DNA from: Candidatus Moraniibacteriota bacterium
GTDB taxonomy: Bacteria; Patescibacteriota; Minisyncoccia; Moranbacterales; UBA1568
Direction of reading: 5' to 3'
Length of the DNA stretch: 64,000 bases
NCBI GenBank assembly: GCA_030648835.1
Contig: JAUSGT010000002.1
Coordinates: 89,665 to 153,664 of the forward strand
The first letter of the stretch is position 1; the number at the start of each line of letters is the position of its first letter. Positions 46,922 to 56,812 of the stretch are shown in pieces. A model generated the notes under the pieces. The model did not search any database. It was given only the letters and a program-made list of their open reading frames with translations, and was not told the origin of the DNA. The translations under genes were made by a program, and so were the position numbers.

Positions 46922-46970
46922 ACCACTCTCCGCCCAAGGCGGACCAGCCTCGGGCTGGGGCCACATCTCC
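46922..46970 (-). repeat. partial copy of tRNA-Ser 5' segment (GGAGATGTGGCC...GAGTGGTT) with 28-nt hairpin insertion
   Basis: 12-nt exact direct repeat of tRNA nt 1-12 plus 'GAGTGGTT' (D-loop) flanking the GIY-YIG ORF. Confidence 0.5.
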
Positions 46971-47098
46971 TTTGTTCCTCGTTCTTCAGTTGTACAGGAA
47001 AATACCGGTTGAATCAACCCTGCCAGCTTTTATTTCGAGTCTTTTTGGTGTACAATGAGAGCGTAGTCAAAGCAAAAGAAAAATTAAATTTTCATACT

Positions 47099-47644
47099 AT
47101 GAGTACACCGCTCGCGCTCACTTTCGCCGATCCGTCCGCTATCGTGAATCAGCTTGAGATTGAACCGGGAAGCAAAGTCGCCGATTTCGGTTGTGGTTCG
47201 GGGTTCTTTTCCTTTGAATTTGCAAAACAAGTCGGTGCGGAAGGAACAGTCTACGCTCTCGACGTGTTGCCTTCGGCCTTGGAGGCGGTCGCCAGTCGCG
47301 CCAAAATTCTTAACCTCTCGAATATTGTTACCAAGCAGGTCAACCTTGAGCGGGAGAATGGATCTTCACTTGCTCCGCAAAGCATAGATTGGGTAGTGAT
47401 CAAAGACATCCTTTTTCAGAACAAAAGCAAAGATGTGATATTGCGTGAAGTATCGCGCGTTTTGAAGCAGGGCGGGCACGCTATTCTTATGGAATGGAGT
47501 CCCACGGAAACGCTGGTTGGGCCGGATAAGAAACTCCGCATAAGTCCGGAGCAATTGCGCATGTTGGTAGAGGCGGCTCACTTGGCCGTAGAGAAGGAGC
47601 TCAATGTCGGGGGATTTCATTATGCTTTTTTGGTGAAGAAATAG
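47099..47644 (+). CDS. class I SAM-dependent methyltransferase
   Basis: Motif I 'VADFGCGSGFFS'; ~180 aa; start at MSTPLALTF (47099). Confidence 0.65.
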   Translation: MSTPLALTFADPSAIVNQLEIEPGSKVADFGCGSGFFSFEFAKQVGAEGTVYALDVLPSALEAVASRAKILNLSNIVTKQVNLERENGSSLAPQSIDWVVIKDILFQNKSKDVILREVSRVLKQGGHAILMEWSPTETLVGPDKKLRISPEQLRMLVEAAHLAVEKELNVGGFHYAFLVKK

Positions 47645-47645
47645 T

Positions 47646-49043
47646 ATGCGATTTTTTTCAAAAAAGAAATTTTTTTCTTTGGCGGCCATTATGCTCAGCG
47701 GGCTGCTTTTTTCCGGCTGTGGTTTCAAGAGTACCCCAACTGAAGTCTATAGAGTCAAACTGGAAGTGTGGGGAATCCTCGACAGTGACGCCTATACGGG
47801 ATTATTTGCTGAATACCGAAAAATCAATCCGTATGTCGGTGAAATCAATTATCGCAAGCTTCCGATAGAAACATACAAAGAGGATCTTTTGAACGCTCTG
47901 GCGGCAGGCAATGGGCCGGATATTTTTATGCTCCGCAATGCCTGGCGAGGCGCGTTTGAGGACAAGATTGTCCCTATGCCAAATTCCGCAGGGACTGAAA
48001 AACTCTATCGAGATTCATTCGTCGATGTGGTGGCATCGGATTTTATCAAGGACGGCAAGATATATGCCGCACCGCTCTCCGTTGATTCGTTGGCGTTGTA
48101 TTACAATAAGGATCTTTTCAATGCGGCAGGAATCGCGAATCCTCCAGCTACCTGGGAAGAGCTTTTGGGTGATGTCCGTAAACTCAATCGTATCAATCAG
48201 TTTGGGGTTATCGATCAATCCGCTATTGCGTTGGGGACATCAAAAAATATCAACCGTTCCACAGACGTTCTGACGGTACTTATGTTTCAGATGGGCTCTG
48301 ATATGAATCAGACGCAGGGGTCGGCGAGAATTGCCGATGAGAATAGCCGCAAGGCTTTGGAGTTTTACACGCAGTTTGCGAATATCAGTTCCGGTTTCTA
48401 CTCTTGGAATCCACGGTTACACTATTCTATCGACGCGTTCTATGAAAATACGCTCGGAATGATGATAAATTATTCTTGGAAATACGCGGAAATCAAGCAG
48501 AAAAATGCCAAACTGAATTTTGGTACGGCGCCACTGCCGCAATTTTCCGGTACCACGCCGGTCAATTTCCCCAATTACTGGGGTTTTGCGGTTGCCGAAA
48601 ACAAGATGACGGAGGTGGATCCTTCTGCCCCAGCTGGGGTACCAGCACCAGACCTCAAAAAACAGAATTATTTGCGTGTTCATGAAGCTTGGCAACTTAT
48701 CAATTATATGACTCTCCCTCATCCGGATAAAACGATAACGTTGCAAAATGGTATTACCGGTATGACCAAGAGTTTTTCTTTGAGCTTCGATCCGGCGAAG
48801 AAATATTTGGAAACAACAAACCAGCCAGCAGCGCGCCGGGATCTTATCGAGTGGCAGAAAAACAATGTGATTTTGGCGCCTTTTGCGACGGGCAATCTTA
48901 TCGCGAAGAATTGGTATCAGGGCAACCCGGAAGCGGTGGAAACTATATTTTCCGAGATGATTGATTCCGTGAATAACAAACAACAAGGCGCCTATGAGGC
49001 TTTAAACGCCGCGGCCAATCGTGTCAATTTGGTGGGGTACTAG
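47646..49043 (+). CDS. ABC transporter substrate-binding lipoprotein (family 1, sugar-type)
   Basis: Lipobox 'LLFSGCGF'; 'GNGPDIFML', 'DGKIYAAPLSVDSLALYYNKDLF' typical of MalE-like SBPs. Confidence 0.75.
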   Translation: MRFFSKKKFFSLAAIMLSGLLFSGCGFKSTPTEVYRVKLEVWGILDSDAYTGLFAEYRKINPYVGEINYRKLPIETYKEDLLNALAAGNGPDIFMLRNAWRGAFEDKIVPMPNSAGTEKLYRDSFVDVVASDFIKDGKIYAAPLSVDSLALYYNKDLFNAAGIANPPATWEELLGDVRKLNRINQFGVIDQSAIALGTSKNINRSTDVLTVLMFQMGSDMNQTQGSARIADENSRKALEFYTQFANISSGFYSWNPRLHYSIDAFYENTLGMMINYSWKYAEIKQKNAKLNFGTAPLPQFSGTTPVNFPNYWGFAVAENKMTEVDPSAPAGVPAPDLKKQNYLRVHEAWQLINYMTLPHPDKTITLQNGITGMTKSFSLSFDPAKKYLETTNQPAARRDLIEWQKNNVILAPFATGNLIAKNWYQGNPEAVETIFSEMIDSVNNKQQGAYEALNAAANRVNLVGY

Positions 49044-49314
49044 TCCGATTTTCCCGTGAGACTGGACAGAAGTTGGATAATAGGTTACAATTTCTTAATG
49101 TTTCTCAGGGCCTGTCTAAAAAGTCTCTTTCGTTGCGAAAATTCGAAATTCCGAGCGAAAAATGTACAGATTGAGGAAGGCTATATGGAATATAACCTGA
49201 CGAGATATGGACGTTTTGCAGCCGGAATTTCGTATTTGTAGCAGAATATGGACTTTTTGGACAGGCTCTAGGTGCTTTCGAGCCTTTTTTCAGTGGGATT
49301 CATCTTTTTAATTT

Positions 49315-51102
49315 ATGGAGATTCGAAATATTGCCATCATCGCGCACGTGGACCACGGGAAGACTACTCTGACTGATGCTTTGATGCGTCAAACGGGAAT
49401 GGTAACTGACGCGAGCGTGACAATGGATTCCAACGCGCTTGAGCAGGAGCGGGGGATCACGATCTACGCCAAGAATGCCGCGCTTTTTTGGAAAAACACG
49501 AAAATCAACATCGTCGATACACCGGGACACGCTGATTTCGGTTCTGAAGTGGAACGAGTACTGCGTTCGATCGACAGTGTTGTCTTGGTGGTGGATGCGC
49601 AAGAGGGACCGATGCCTCAGACACGCTTCGTCTTGAAGAAGTCACTGGAATTGGGCCTCAAGCCGATTGTTGTCTTGAACAAGATCGATAAGCCGGCCGC
49701 TCGTCCGGAAATAGCGAGTGAGATGGTGTATGAGTTGTTTCTTGATCTGGGAGCCAGTGATGAACAGCTTGATTTCAAAGTAGTGTATGCCATCGCCCGG
49801 CAAGGAATAGCCAAGCTTTCACTTTTGGAAGAGGGGAAAGATCTTTCTCCACTGCTTGATACGATTCTCGAAAGAGTACCGGCCGCCAAAACCGATACCG
49901 AAAGTCCGCTCCGCGTTCAACCGTTCAATTTGGGCTATGATAATTTTGTTGGGCGTCTGGCCATCGCTCGTGTGTACGAGGGGAAACTTCGGGTGAATGA
50001 TTCCATAATCATGAGGAACAAGGAGGGGAAGAATGAGGCGGGGCGTATCGTGAAACTTTTCACTTTTCGCGGTCTGGAGCGAGTGGAGGCAACCTTCGTT
50101 GAGGCCGGTGATATCGTGATGATTGCCGGGTTGGCAAATGTCGAGATTGGTGACACAATTTGCGTTTCTTCCGAGCAGGAGCTTTTGCCGGCGATTGCGA
50201 TTGACGAACCGACGATTTCTCTTAACTTTGTCGTGAACGATTCTCCTTTTGCCGGACGGGAGGGAAAGTATGTCACCAACAAACAATTGCGTGAGCGGCT
50301 CAAGAAAGAATTGGAAATCAATGTCGGTCTGCGCATCGATTTTTCCGACGATCATTACAAGGTGTACGGACGCGGCGAATTGCATGTGGCGATTCTTTTG
50401 GAAAATATGCGACGGGAGGGCTATGAAGTGCAGGTATCGCAGCCCCAGGTCATTATCAAGGAAGTAGACGGTGTGAAGTCGGAGCCGTTTGAAGAGGTGA
50501 CGGTGGAGTGCCCCGCGGAAGTATCCGGCACGGTAATCGAGAAAATGGGCAAGCGCAAGGGGATCATGATGGAAATGAAAGAGGGGAGCGGCGGATACAC
50601 ACGACTTATTTTCGAGGTGCCGACCCGCGGACTTTTGGGGTATCGCGGGGAGTTCATGGTGGATACGCGCGGCGAGGGGACTCTCTACACCCGTGTTTTG
50701 GGATTCCGGCCGTTTGTGGGCGAGATCAGAAAGCGCGATGCGGGGTCGATGGTATCTATGGCGACGGGAAAGGCGCTGGCCTTCTCTCTCAACAATCTTC
50801 AGGCGCGCGGTACACTCTATATTGGCCCCGGGACGGAAGTCTACGAAGGTATGGTAGTCGGCAATGTGACCAAAGGCACCGATATGGCCGTCAACCCGAT
50901 CAAAGGCAAGGCAATGAGCAATATGCGTTCTTCCGGCGCTGATGAAGCCATCAAACTGACGCCGCCGATCGAAATATCGATTGAGCGAGGGTTGGAAATT
51001 ATGCTTGAGGATGAGTATTTGGAAATCACGCCGCACAATGTCCGTCTGCGTAAACAATTTTTGACGGAAACGGAGAGAACGCGGGCCGGCAGAAAAAAAT
51101 AA
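49315..51102 (+). CDS. typA: ribosome-associated GTPase TypA/BipA
   Basis: '[19 protein letters not shown]', 'DTPGHADF', 'NKIDKP'; 595 aa. Confidence 0.9.
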   Translation: MEIRNIAIIAHVDHGKTTLTDALMRQTGMVTDASVTMDSNALEQERGITIYAKNAALFWKNTKINIVDTPGHADFGSEVERVLRSIDSVVLVVDAQEGPMPQTRFVLKKSLELGLKPIVVLNKIDKPAARPEIASEMVYELFLDLGASDEQLDFKVVYAIARQGIAKLSLLEEGKDLSPLLDTILERVPAAKTDTESPLRVQPFNLGYDNFVGRLAIARVYEGKLRVNDSIIMRNKEGKNEAGRIVKLFTFRGLERVEATFVEAGDIVMIAGLANVEIGDTICVSSEQELLPAIAIDEPTISLNFVVNDSPFAGREGKYVTNKQLRERLKKELEINVGLRIDFSDDHYKVYGRGELHVAILLENMRREGYEVQVSQPQVIIKEVDGVKSEPFEEVTVECPAEVSGTVIEKMGKRKGIMMEMKEGSGGYTRLIFEVPTRGLLGYRGEFMVDTRGEGTLYTRVLGFRPFVGEIRKRDAGSMVSMATGKALAFSLNNLQARGTLYIGPGTEVYEGMVVGNVTKGTDMAVNPIKGKAMSNMRSSGADEAIKLTPPIEISIERGLEIMLEDEYLEITPHNVRLRKQFLTETERTRAGRKK

Positions 51103-51209
51103 TTTTAAAAAAAGACCTCTCTTGGGGGTCTTTTTTCTTAGAGTGTTTTTGTGCTATGATAGGGGCGAATCAAAGGGAGTGCTTTTGAGAAAACAAAACA
51201 ACTATTTTT

Positions 51210-51683
51210 ATGACTTTTCGTTTTGCGCGCTTTTTTCTTTTGGGATTTTTCTTTTTTTCTCTTGCCGTGACAGCTATACCGTCACCTACTTTGGCTGCCG
51301 GTCTCATTCCTTGTGGGCGTTCCACCGACGATCCATCCACCACTACGATCAATGAGACAGATAAATGTACCATTTGCCATATTATCGTCGGTGGTCAAGG
51401 GATAATGGACTGGGGGTTGAAAGTTATGACTTTTGTGGCTATCGCGGTAATCGTCGCGATGGCTGTCCTCTATATTGTTTCTGCCGGCAACGATGGGATG
51501 ATGACGACGGCCAAGGGCGGTATCAAAGCGGCCTTTATCGGTTTTGCAGTGATGCTCGGGGCCTGGCTGATTATAAGTACAACGATCCGGATTTTTTCAG
51601 CGACTATCCCCGGTCTTGATATCACGAGCAATGGTTTCAGTTTTTCTTGTAATACGACATCGAGTGCCGGTTCGGTGAAGTAA
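51210..51683 (+). CDS. T4SS-pilin-like (TrbC/VirB2-type) membrane protein, paralog 1
   Basis: Signal, then hydrophobic hairpin 'VMTFVAIAVIVAMAVLYIVSAGNDGMMTTAKGGIKAAFIGFAVMLGAWLII'. Confidence 0.5.
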   Translation: MTFRFARFFLLGFFFFSLAVTAIPSPTLAAGLIPCGRSTDDPSTTTINETDKCTICHIIVGGQGIMDWGLKVMTFVAIAVIVAMAVLYIVSAGNDGMMTTAKGGIKAAFIGFAVMLGAWLIISTTIRIFSATIPGLDITSNGFSFSCNTTSSAGSVK

Positions 51684-51689
51684 CAGTCT

Positions 51690-51950
51690 ATGCAAAACTT
51701 TTTTCATATTGATGTGGCGTACGCCGGAGTAATTACGGATGCTCCGCCAGTTACCTCCATACTGTTCAATACACTCACTTTCTTGTTGTCAATCGTCGGC
51801 GTTCTTGGTATAATCGGATTAGTGGTTTCCGGGATACTTTACTTATCCGCGGCAGGAGATGAAGAACGGATGCGGCTGGCCAAGCGGGCGGCTTTCGCGT
51901 CAGTAGGTGGTATCCTGACAGCGCTCATAGCACGGATACGGTGGTTTTGA
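51690..51950 (+). CDS. T4SS-pilin-like protein, paralog 2 (short)
   Basis: 'LLSIVGVLGIIGLVVSGILYLSAAGDEERMRLAKRAAFASVGGILTALI'. Confidence 0.45.
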   Translation: MQNFFHIDVAYAGVITDAPPVTSILFNTLTFLLSIVGVLGIIGLVVSGILYLSAAGDEERMRLAKRAAFASVGGILTALIARIRWF

Positions 51951-52015
51951 ACCAGGAGGGGTACTTTTTTCAAATGAAAAAAATAAAAAATAAAAACAGA
52001 AAGGAGGTGAGAAGT

Positions 52016-52408
52016 ATGAATAAAATTAAACAAGCCTTGTACGCAGCGACCGCGACAGCTCTCACAGCCACGCCATTTTTGGCGGGAGCTCAAAGCACTG
52101 GCGGCCCAGTTAGCACCGGGTTTGATCAGACTGCGACTGGTGCTCAGGGGCTTACTGGTACGCCAATTTTCGATCTCATCAGCACATTCATGAACTGGCT
52201 TTTGGGACTCGTCGGCGTGCTGGCGGTCATTGCCTTTGTGATTTCCGGTATCCTCTATCTCACCGCCGCCGGTAACGAGGAGCAAATTGAGAAAGCAAAG
52301 TCTACCATGATGTATGCTATCATCGGTCTCGTTGTGGCTCTCGTTGGTCTGGTGATCGTCAACGCCGTTTCCGGTTTGACAAATGCTGGTGTCAATACTG
52401 GTTTCTAG
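52016..52408 (+). CDS. T4SS-pilin-like protein, paralog 3
   Basis: RBS AAGGAGGTGA before ATG 52016; 'FMNWLLGLVGVLAVIAFVISGILYLTAAGNEEQIEKAKSTMMYAIIGLVVALVGLVIVNAV'. Confidence 0.55.
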   Translation: MNKIKQALYAATATALTATPFLAGAQSTGGPVSTGFDQTATGAQGLTGTPIFDLISTFMNWLLGLVGVLAVIAFVISGILYLTAAGNEEQIEKAKSTMMYAIIGLVVALVGLVIVNAVSGLTNAGVNTGF

Positions 52409-52447
52409 TTTCTTTTCTACAACGAGGTTGATGCGACCTTGTGAAAG

Positions 52448-52475
52448 CCATCCTGCTTCGGTAGGATGGTTTTTG
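52448..52475 (+). terminator. intrinsic terminator (CCATCCTGC-TTCG-GTAGGATGG + T5)
   Basis: 9-bp stem (one G-U pair), T-tract. Confidence 0.6.
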
Positions 52476-52611
52476 TTAGCACCAGTCATCTATCGGTCAG
52501 CCCAGACGTTGAAGCCGGCTTGGATTTGATAAGTAAGATAGCATCCTCGTATAGAGGTGGCGGAGTGAATTGTTTTTTTGTCTAAAAAAGAGTAGAATAG
52601 AAGAAAGCATA

Positions 52612-52697
52612 TTGTCATTCTGAGCAAAGCGAAGAATCCCGTTATAAAAAGCACCATTCCTTCCTTTTGAGATCCTTCACTGCGTTCAGGATGACAG
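52612..52697. repeat. ~85-nt element with imperfect terminal inverted repeats (TGTCATTCTGAGC / GTTCAGGATGACA)
   Basis: Seen directly; antisense translation yields an 'HPERSEGS'-type peptide characteristic of a widespread small repeat. Confidence 0.35.
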
Positions 52698-52739
52698 TAA
52701 AAAACCAAATAAAAATATAAATATAACGCAACGAGAAGT

Positions 52740-53159
52740 ATGAAAAATATTAAACAAGCTCTCTACGCAGTGACTGCGACAGTTCTCGTTGCCGCACCGT
52801 TTATGGTAGGCGCCCAAACTGGCATCCCTGCCGCTGGCACAATTGCTACTCCGGATAGTACCGGGTTCAACGTTTCGAAAGCCACTACCTCCACTACCGG
52901 TCTTGCGAATAAGTCAGTCTATTCGATCATCGGCACATTCATGAATTGGCTTTTGGGACTCGTCGGCGTGCTGGCGGTCATTGCCTTTGTGATTTCCGGT
53001 ATCCTCTATCTCACCGCCGCCGGTAACGAGGAGCAAGTTGAGAAAGCCAAAGGTATTATGACGTACGCTATTATTGGTCTCGTCGTGGCACTTCTGGGTC
53101 TGGTGATCGTCAACGCCGTTGCCGGGCTGACTAGCGCGGGTGGGGCTACCAGCTTCTAA
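52740..53159 (+). CDS. T4SS-pilin-like protein, paralog 4
   Basis: 'FMNWLLGLVGVLAVIAFVISGILYLTAAGNEEQVEKAKGIMTYAIIGLVVALLGLVIVNAV' (DNA nearly identical to paralog 3 over this segment). Confidence 0.55.
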   Translation: MKNIKQALYAVTATVLVAAPFMVGAQTGIPAAGTIATPDSTGFNVSKATTSTTGLANKSVYSIIGTFMNWLLGLVGVLAVIAFVISGILYLTAAGNEEQVEKAKGIMTYAIIGLVVALLGLVIVNAVAGLTSAGGATSF

Positions 53160-53209
53160 CTTATAATAAATAATTTCAAGAGAAAAATTGGAGTGATTTC
53201 GTAAAAACC

Positions 53210-53620
53210 ATGAGTAAAAGAAATATATTTTTTGCAATTTTTCTTTTTTTCGGGATAGGTATTCTTTCTGTCCCTGTGGCGGATCTTTTCGCCATTACCA
53301 CTTGTCCAGCCAACTTTACTCCGCAATTCGGAGTCTGTTTTCCGGATGCAGACAAGATAGGCCTGGGGAGCCTCACTGTTTTGGATCTTTTACAGAGATT
53401 TATGAATTGGCTTTTGGGGATTGTCGGCGTGTTGGCGGTCATCGCTTTTATCATTTCGGGGGTGCAATATCTTGTTTCGTCCGGTGACGAAGAAGTGACG
53501 GAAACCGCCAAGCGCAATATGAAATACGCCATCATCGGGTTGGTGATAGCGCTTTCCGGACTGATCGTGGTCAATGCTGTTGCCGGGCTGACGGGCGCGA
53601 CCGGAGCCACGGCGTACTAA
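53210..53620 (+). CDS. T4SS-pilin-like protein, paralog 5
   Basis: 'FMNWLLGIVGVLAVIAFIISGVQYLVSSGDEEVTETAKRNMKYAIIGLVIALSGLIVVNAV'. Confidence 0.55.
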   Translation: MSKRNIFFAIFLFFGIGILSVPVADLFAITTCPANFTPQFGVCFPDADKIGLGSLTVLDLLQRFMNWLLGIVGVLAVIAFIISGVQYLVSSGDEEVTETAKRNMKYAIIGLVIALSGLIVVNAVAGLTGATGATAY

Positions 53621-53639
53621 ATTTCCCAAAAATAATTTT

Positions 53640-54734
53640 TTGTCTATGCTGTTTTTTCGAAGAATAACTTCTCATTTCTTCACTACTCTGGTGTTTGTTT
53701 CTTTTTCGTTTGTATTGTCTGCGTTTGTTTTTCAACAAACGGCCCTTGCCGTAACGAAAGCTCAATGTGAATTAATAGCTCCTGGCAGCGTTTGTAAACC
53801 AAGCCCCCCTGGTTGCGCCAGCGTGGGGGCAAGCCCTACCGAGGGTGATAGAGGTATATGTAGTGATGTAGGGGGTGTTGTAGGGAGTTTCGCTTGTTGT
53901 GAAAATTTAAAACCACCGGCAGATACGAATATACTGGATGCTACATGTAGAAATTTTAGTGGGGCGGATTGTTTTTCTTCCTCATGTGATTCGACGACAA
54001 AGAATTTTTTGGCACGCTGTGTTACCCCGGGCGCAGGGTATAGCAGCAATAGCTACTGTTGTCAAGATAAAGCGGCGGCAACTCCTCCCGCTGGTGGTGT
54101 TCCGGCATCATCCCCAACTCCTGGCGGTGTTCCCGCCCCTACTGGTTCACAATCTATTTCTTTTACCAATCCGCTTCTTTTCAATACCGTAGAAGGACTG
54201 CTGGGCAGTCTTCTTGGTACGCTGCAGGGGATTATCGTCGTTTTGGCGCTGGTTTTTATTGTCATTGGTGCGGTGCTATATGTGACGTCAGCTGGCAACG
54301 AAGGACAGATGACATTGGCAAAGGGGGCTATCACGGCTGCGATGATCGGTCTCGCCCTCGGTATCGCGGCCCCATCGTTTTTGAAAGAAATCAGCGGGAT
54401 TCTCGGCTGGACCCCTGCTATTACGTGTCCCACTGCTGTGAGCGCTACTGTGACTGCTGACGATATAGCAAAGTGTACTGCTGCTCAAGCAACTCTTGCA
54501 GCGGGGAAGCCCCTTTCGGAAATCGCACTGAATGTTCTCAATTTTCTGCTTTCTATTGTGGGCGTACTGACAGTCATTATGATGGTAGTGGGCGGAGTCA
54601 TATACCTCACGGCCGCCGGGAATGAAGATCAAATTGACACCGGGAAAAAAATCGTGAATTACGCAACCATTGGCATTCTTGTTTCCTTGGCTTCTCTCAT
54701 CTTGGTGCGGCAGATTGCCAGTTTCTTTGGGTAA
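53640..54734 (+). CDS. T4SS-pilin-like protein with Cys-rich N-domain, Pro/Gly linker and two tandem pilin motifs
   Basis: 364 aa; two copies of the motif: 'LALVFIVIGAVLYVTSAGNEGQMTLAKGAITAAMIGLALGI' and 'LLSIVGVLTVIMMVVGGVIYLTAAGNEDQIDTGKKIVNYATIGILVSL'. Confidence 0.55.
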   Translation: MSMLFFRRITSHFFTTLVFVSFSFVLSAFVFQQTALAVTKAQCELIAPGSVCKPSPPGCASVGASPTEGDRGICSDVGGVVGSFACCENLKPPADTNILDATCRNFSGADCFSSSCDSTTKNFLARCVTPGAGYSSNSYCCQDKAAATPPAGGVPASSPTPGGVPAPTGSQSISFTNPLLFNTVEGLLGSLLGTLQGIIVVLALVFIVIGAVLYVTSAGNEGQMTLAKGAITAAMIGLALGIAAPSFLKEISGILGWTPAITCPTAVSATVTADDIAKCTAAQATLAAGKPLSEIALNVLNFLLSIVGVLTVIMMVVGGVIYLTAAGNEDQIDTGKKIVNYATIGILVSLASLILVRQIASFFG

Positions 54735-54807
54735 AATTTTTGATAAAAAGAAAACGGGCAGCGTATATGTTACGCGCTGCCCGCTTCTGCCAAGAAAGGA
54801 CCTTGTC

Positions 54808-55377
54808 CTACTTGACGAGTTTCTCGATGTTCACTTGGAGTTCCGCCTGGGTGAGTTTGTAGTAGGCTTCTTTAGGCGGTAGGTTGATGCCGATCGACAG
54901 GGCATCTCCGGATTCCAGGATAACTTTTTCCTGTTGGAAGGGGTCTATGATTACATTCCCCTTTTTCACGAGCAGGGCTCCGACCATCAAATTGTGGCCA
55001 GCCGGTGCAGTCCTTCGGAATTCATCGTTGAAGGGTGAGTTTGCCCAGTTATCGATGAGACTGACTCCTTTGGGCGGAATCGGAAGCGATTGGCCGTTGT
55101 CCAAACCCATTTGCCACACGGTGTACAGCGGAGTGATGCGATATGTCCCGGGAGGAACATCGATTTTACACCACCCTTGCTGAGCGTTCCACCGAATAGG
55201 GCACGTTACGTTTTTGTAGATCTGCCATTCGTTGCCCCAACTCCCCCCACCACTACCGAAGAGGTTGTAGATTATGGTAATGCCGATGATCCCGGCAGCC
55301 AGTAAACCGAGTCTTTTCAACCACTTATTGGTTCCGGCCTGAAGACTGGGAGCTTGTTGCGGTTGTGCTGTAGTCAT
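54808..55377 (-). CDS. membrane-anchored hypothetical protein
   Basis: 189 aa; single TM 'LGLLAAGIIGITIIYNLF'. Confidence 0.45.
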   Translation of the reverse strand: MTTAQPQQAPSLQAGTNKWLKRLGLLAAGIIGITIIYNLFGSGGGSWGNEWQIYKNVTCPIRWNAQQGWCKIDVPPGTYRITPLYTVWQMGLDNGQSLPIPPKGVSLIDNWANSPFNDEFRRTAPAGHNLMVGALLVKKGNVIIDPFQQEKVILESGDALSIGINLPPKEAYYKLTQAELQVNIEKLVK

Positions 55378-55389
55378 GAAGCACTCCTT

Positions 55390-56529
55390 TCACTTGTTTC
55401 TTCTGCGCTGGCTTTTGGCTTCAGGGTCAGCAGCAGAGGGTTGAGATGGTTTTTGTGCACCAGCTTGGTTGAGGATCCCGCCAACAAATGCACCGGCATT
55501 TTCTATTGGTGATGCCGTGCTGTCAAAGATAATACGTGTTGCTTTCCCACGCTCAGTTTGCACAAGGTTGGCGGCCGCTTGTGGAAGCAATCCAGCCTCT
55601 ACATAGAGTTTGATTTGACTGGCAACAGCTCTTGCCTCAGTCATTTCGGCAATGGCTTGCTGGGTCTCCTTCGCCTGATTGGCTACTTGGACTTGCACTT
55701 CTGACCTCGCATCCTCGATTTTTTTTGGTAGGCGGATGTGCGTTATCCGTACTTGGGAAACCTTGATTCCCCAAAGCTGTTCGGACTCGGCCAATCCCTT
55801 GAGAATAAGTCCTTCGAGAGGACTTGGGTCAGTACCAGGAACTGGAGCGGGCCCCCTGCCACTTGTTAGGACGTCTACGATAACTTGTTTTTCTTGTGCG
55901 ACAGCGCTTGATTGCAACTTCATCACAATAGAACGGAGATCGCTCTCGGCTGCATTTTTTAACGACTCCTCTGGTTTATCTGCACTGAGATTCTTGTTTA
56001 TGTCCGTGATTTTTAGTTGAAGCGCCACATCGATTTCAATGGGTACATTGTCTGCCGTCAGAACTTCTGTGAGAGGGAGGTTAAGTGGTTTGTCGCGCCC
56101 GTCCTTGATTTCCAAATCGCCTATCGGTTTTGGCCAGTTCCATACCACTCCTTCGGGATATTTTCTCCCTTCAACTCTTTTCCCCAGCCAAAGTTTCATA
56201 GCTATAAAACCGACAGGAATTGTTCGTAATCCCTTTATGCCGAAGTACAGAATGCATGCCACAAGCGTAATGAGTGCCAGTAGCGTTCCGGCGATTGGGT
56301 GCAGTAGCCAAGACCCAAAAAATTTCACGAGAAGCGATGCGACTATCCCGATGCCGAGCGTAACCACAACTCCTTCTGCATAACCGCGTGAATCATTCAT
56401 GCTGATCTCCTTTGCCTTTTCGAGTGATCGTGCGCTTATGTCGCGTACGAATGGTTTCATGGCAACCCATGCTTGACGCATGAGCACTAACGACCTGTCA
56501 ATATGAGGTCGTACTTGTGACCAATCCAT
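55390..56529 (-). CDS. SPFH/band-7 (stomatin/flotillin-like) membrane protein
   Basis: Two N-terminal TM helices; SPFH core 'LTEVLTADNVPIEIDVALQLKITD'; C-terminal coiled coil. Confidence 0.7.
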   Translation of the reverse strand: MDWSQVRPHIDRSLVLMRQAWVAMKPFVRDISARSLEKAKEISMNDSRGYAEGVVVTLGIGIVASLLVKFFGSWLLHPIAGTLLALITLVACILYFGIKGLRTIPVGFIAMKLWLGKRVEGRKYPEGVVWNWPKPIGDLEIKDGRDKPLNLPLTEVLTADNVPIEIDVALQLKITDINKNLSADKPEESLKNAAESDLRSIVMKLQSSAVAQEKQVIVDVLTSGRGPAPVPGTDPSPLEGLILKGLAESEQLWGIKVSQVRITHIRLPKKIEDARSEVQVQVANQAKETQQAIAEMTEARAVASQIKLYVEAGLLPQAAANLVQTERGKATRIIFDSTASPIENAGAFVGGILNQAGAQKPSQPSAADPEAKSQRRRNK

Positions 56530-56812
56530 AATGGACTCCTGTTTTTAAGGTGCTCAGTTACAGCACCAGAGGTTGAATTTCAAGAGAAAAACAAACTTGA
56601 TTTTGTAACCGTCTATTATAGCATAAAAAAAGACAAAAGTCAATGGTTTTGGTCCGACACCTAGGGATAAGGAATAGTGGCTTATTTATGGGGGTAAATG
56701 GTGAGTGATACATGATGCAGGATGAGTGATAAGAGATGAAGCAGGAAATGGAACTAAGAATCAGGAATCATAAATAACCATCTCCTTTGCAGAGGGGGGA
56801 AAAGAATTAAAT

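Noticed and set aside
49819-51057. Minus-strand ORF of 412 aa inside typA
   Set aside because: Antisense to the TypA/BipA GTPase gene, which has canonical G motifs.
52490-52708. 72-aa ORF containing 'CHPERSEGS'
   Set aside because: This peptide signature arises from translating a small inverted-repeat DNA element. Treated as a repeat, not a gene.
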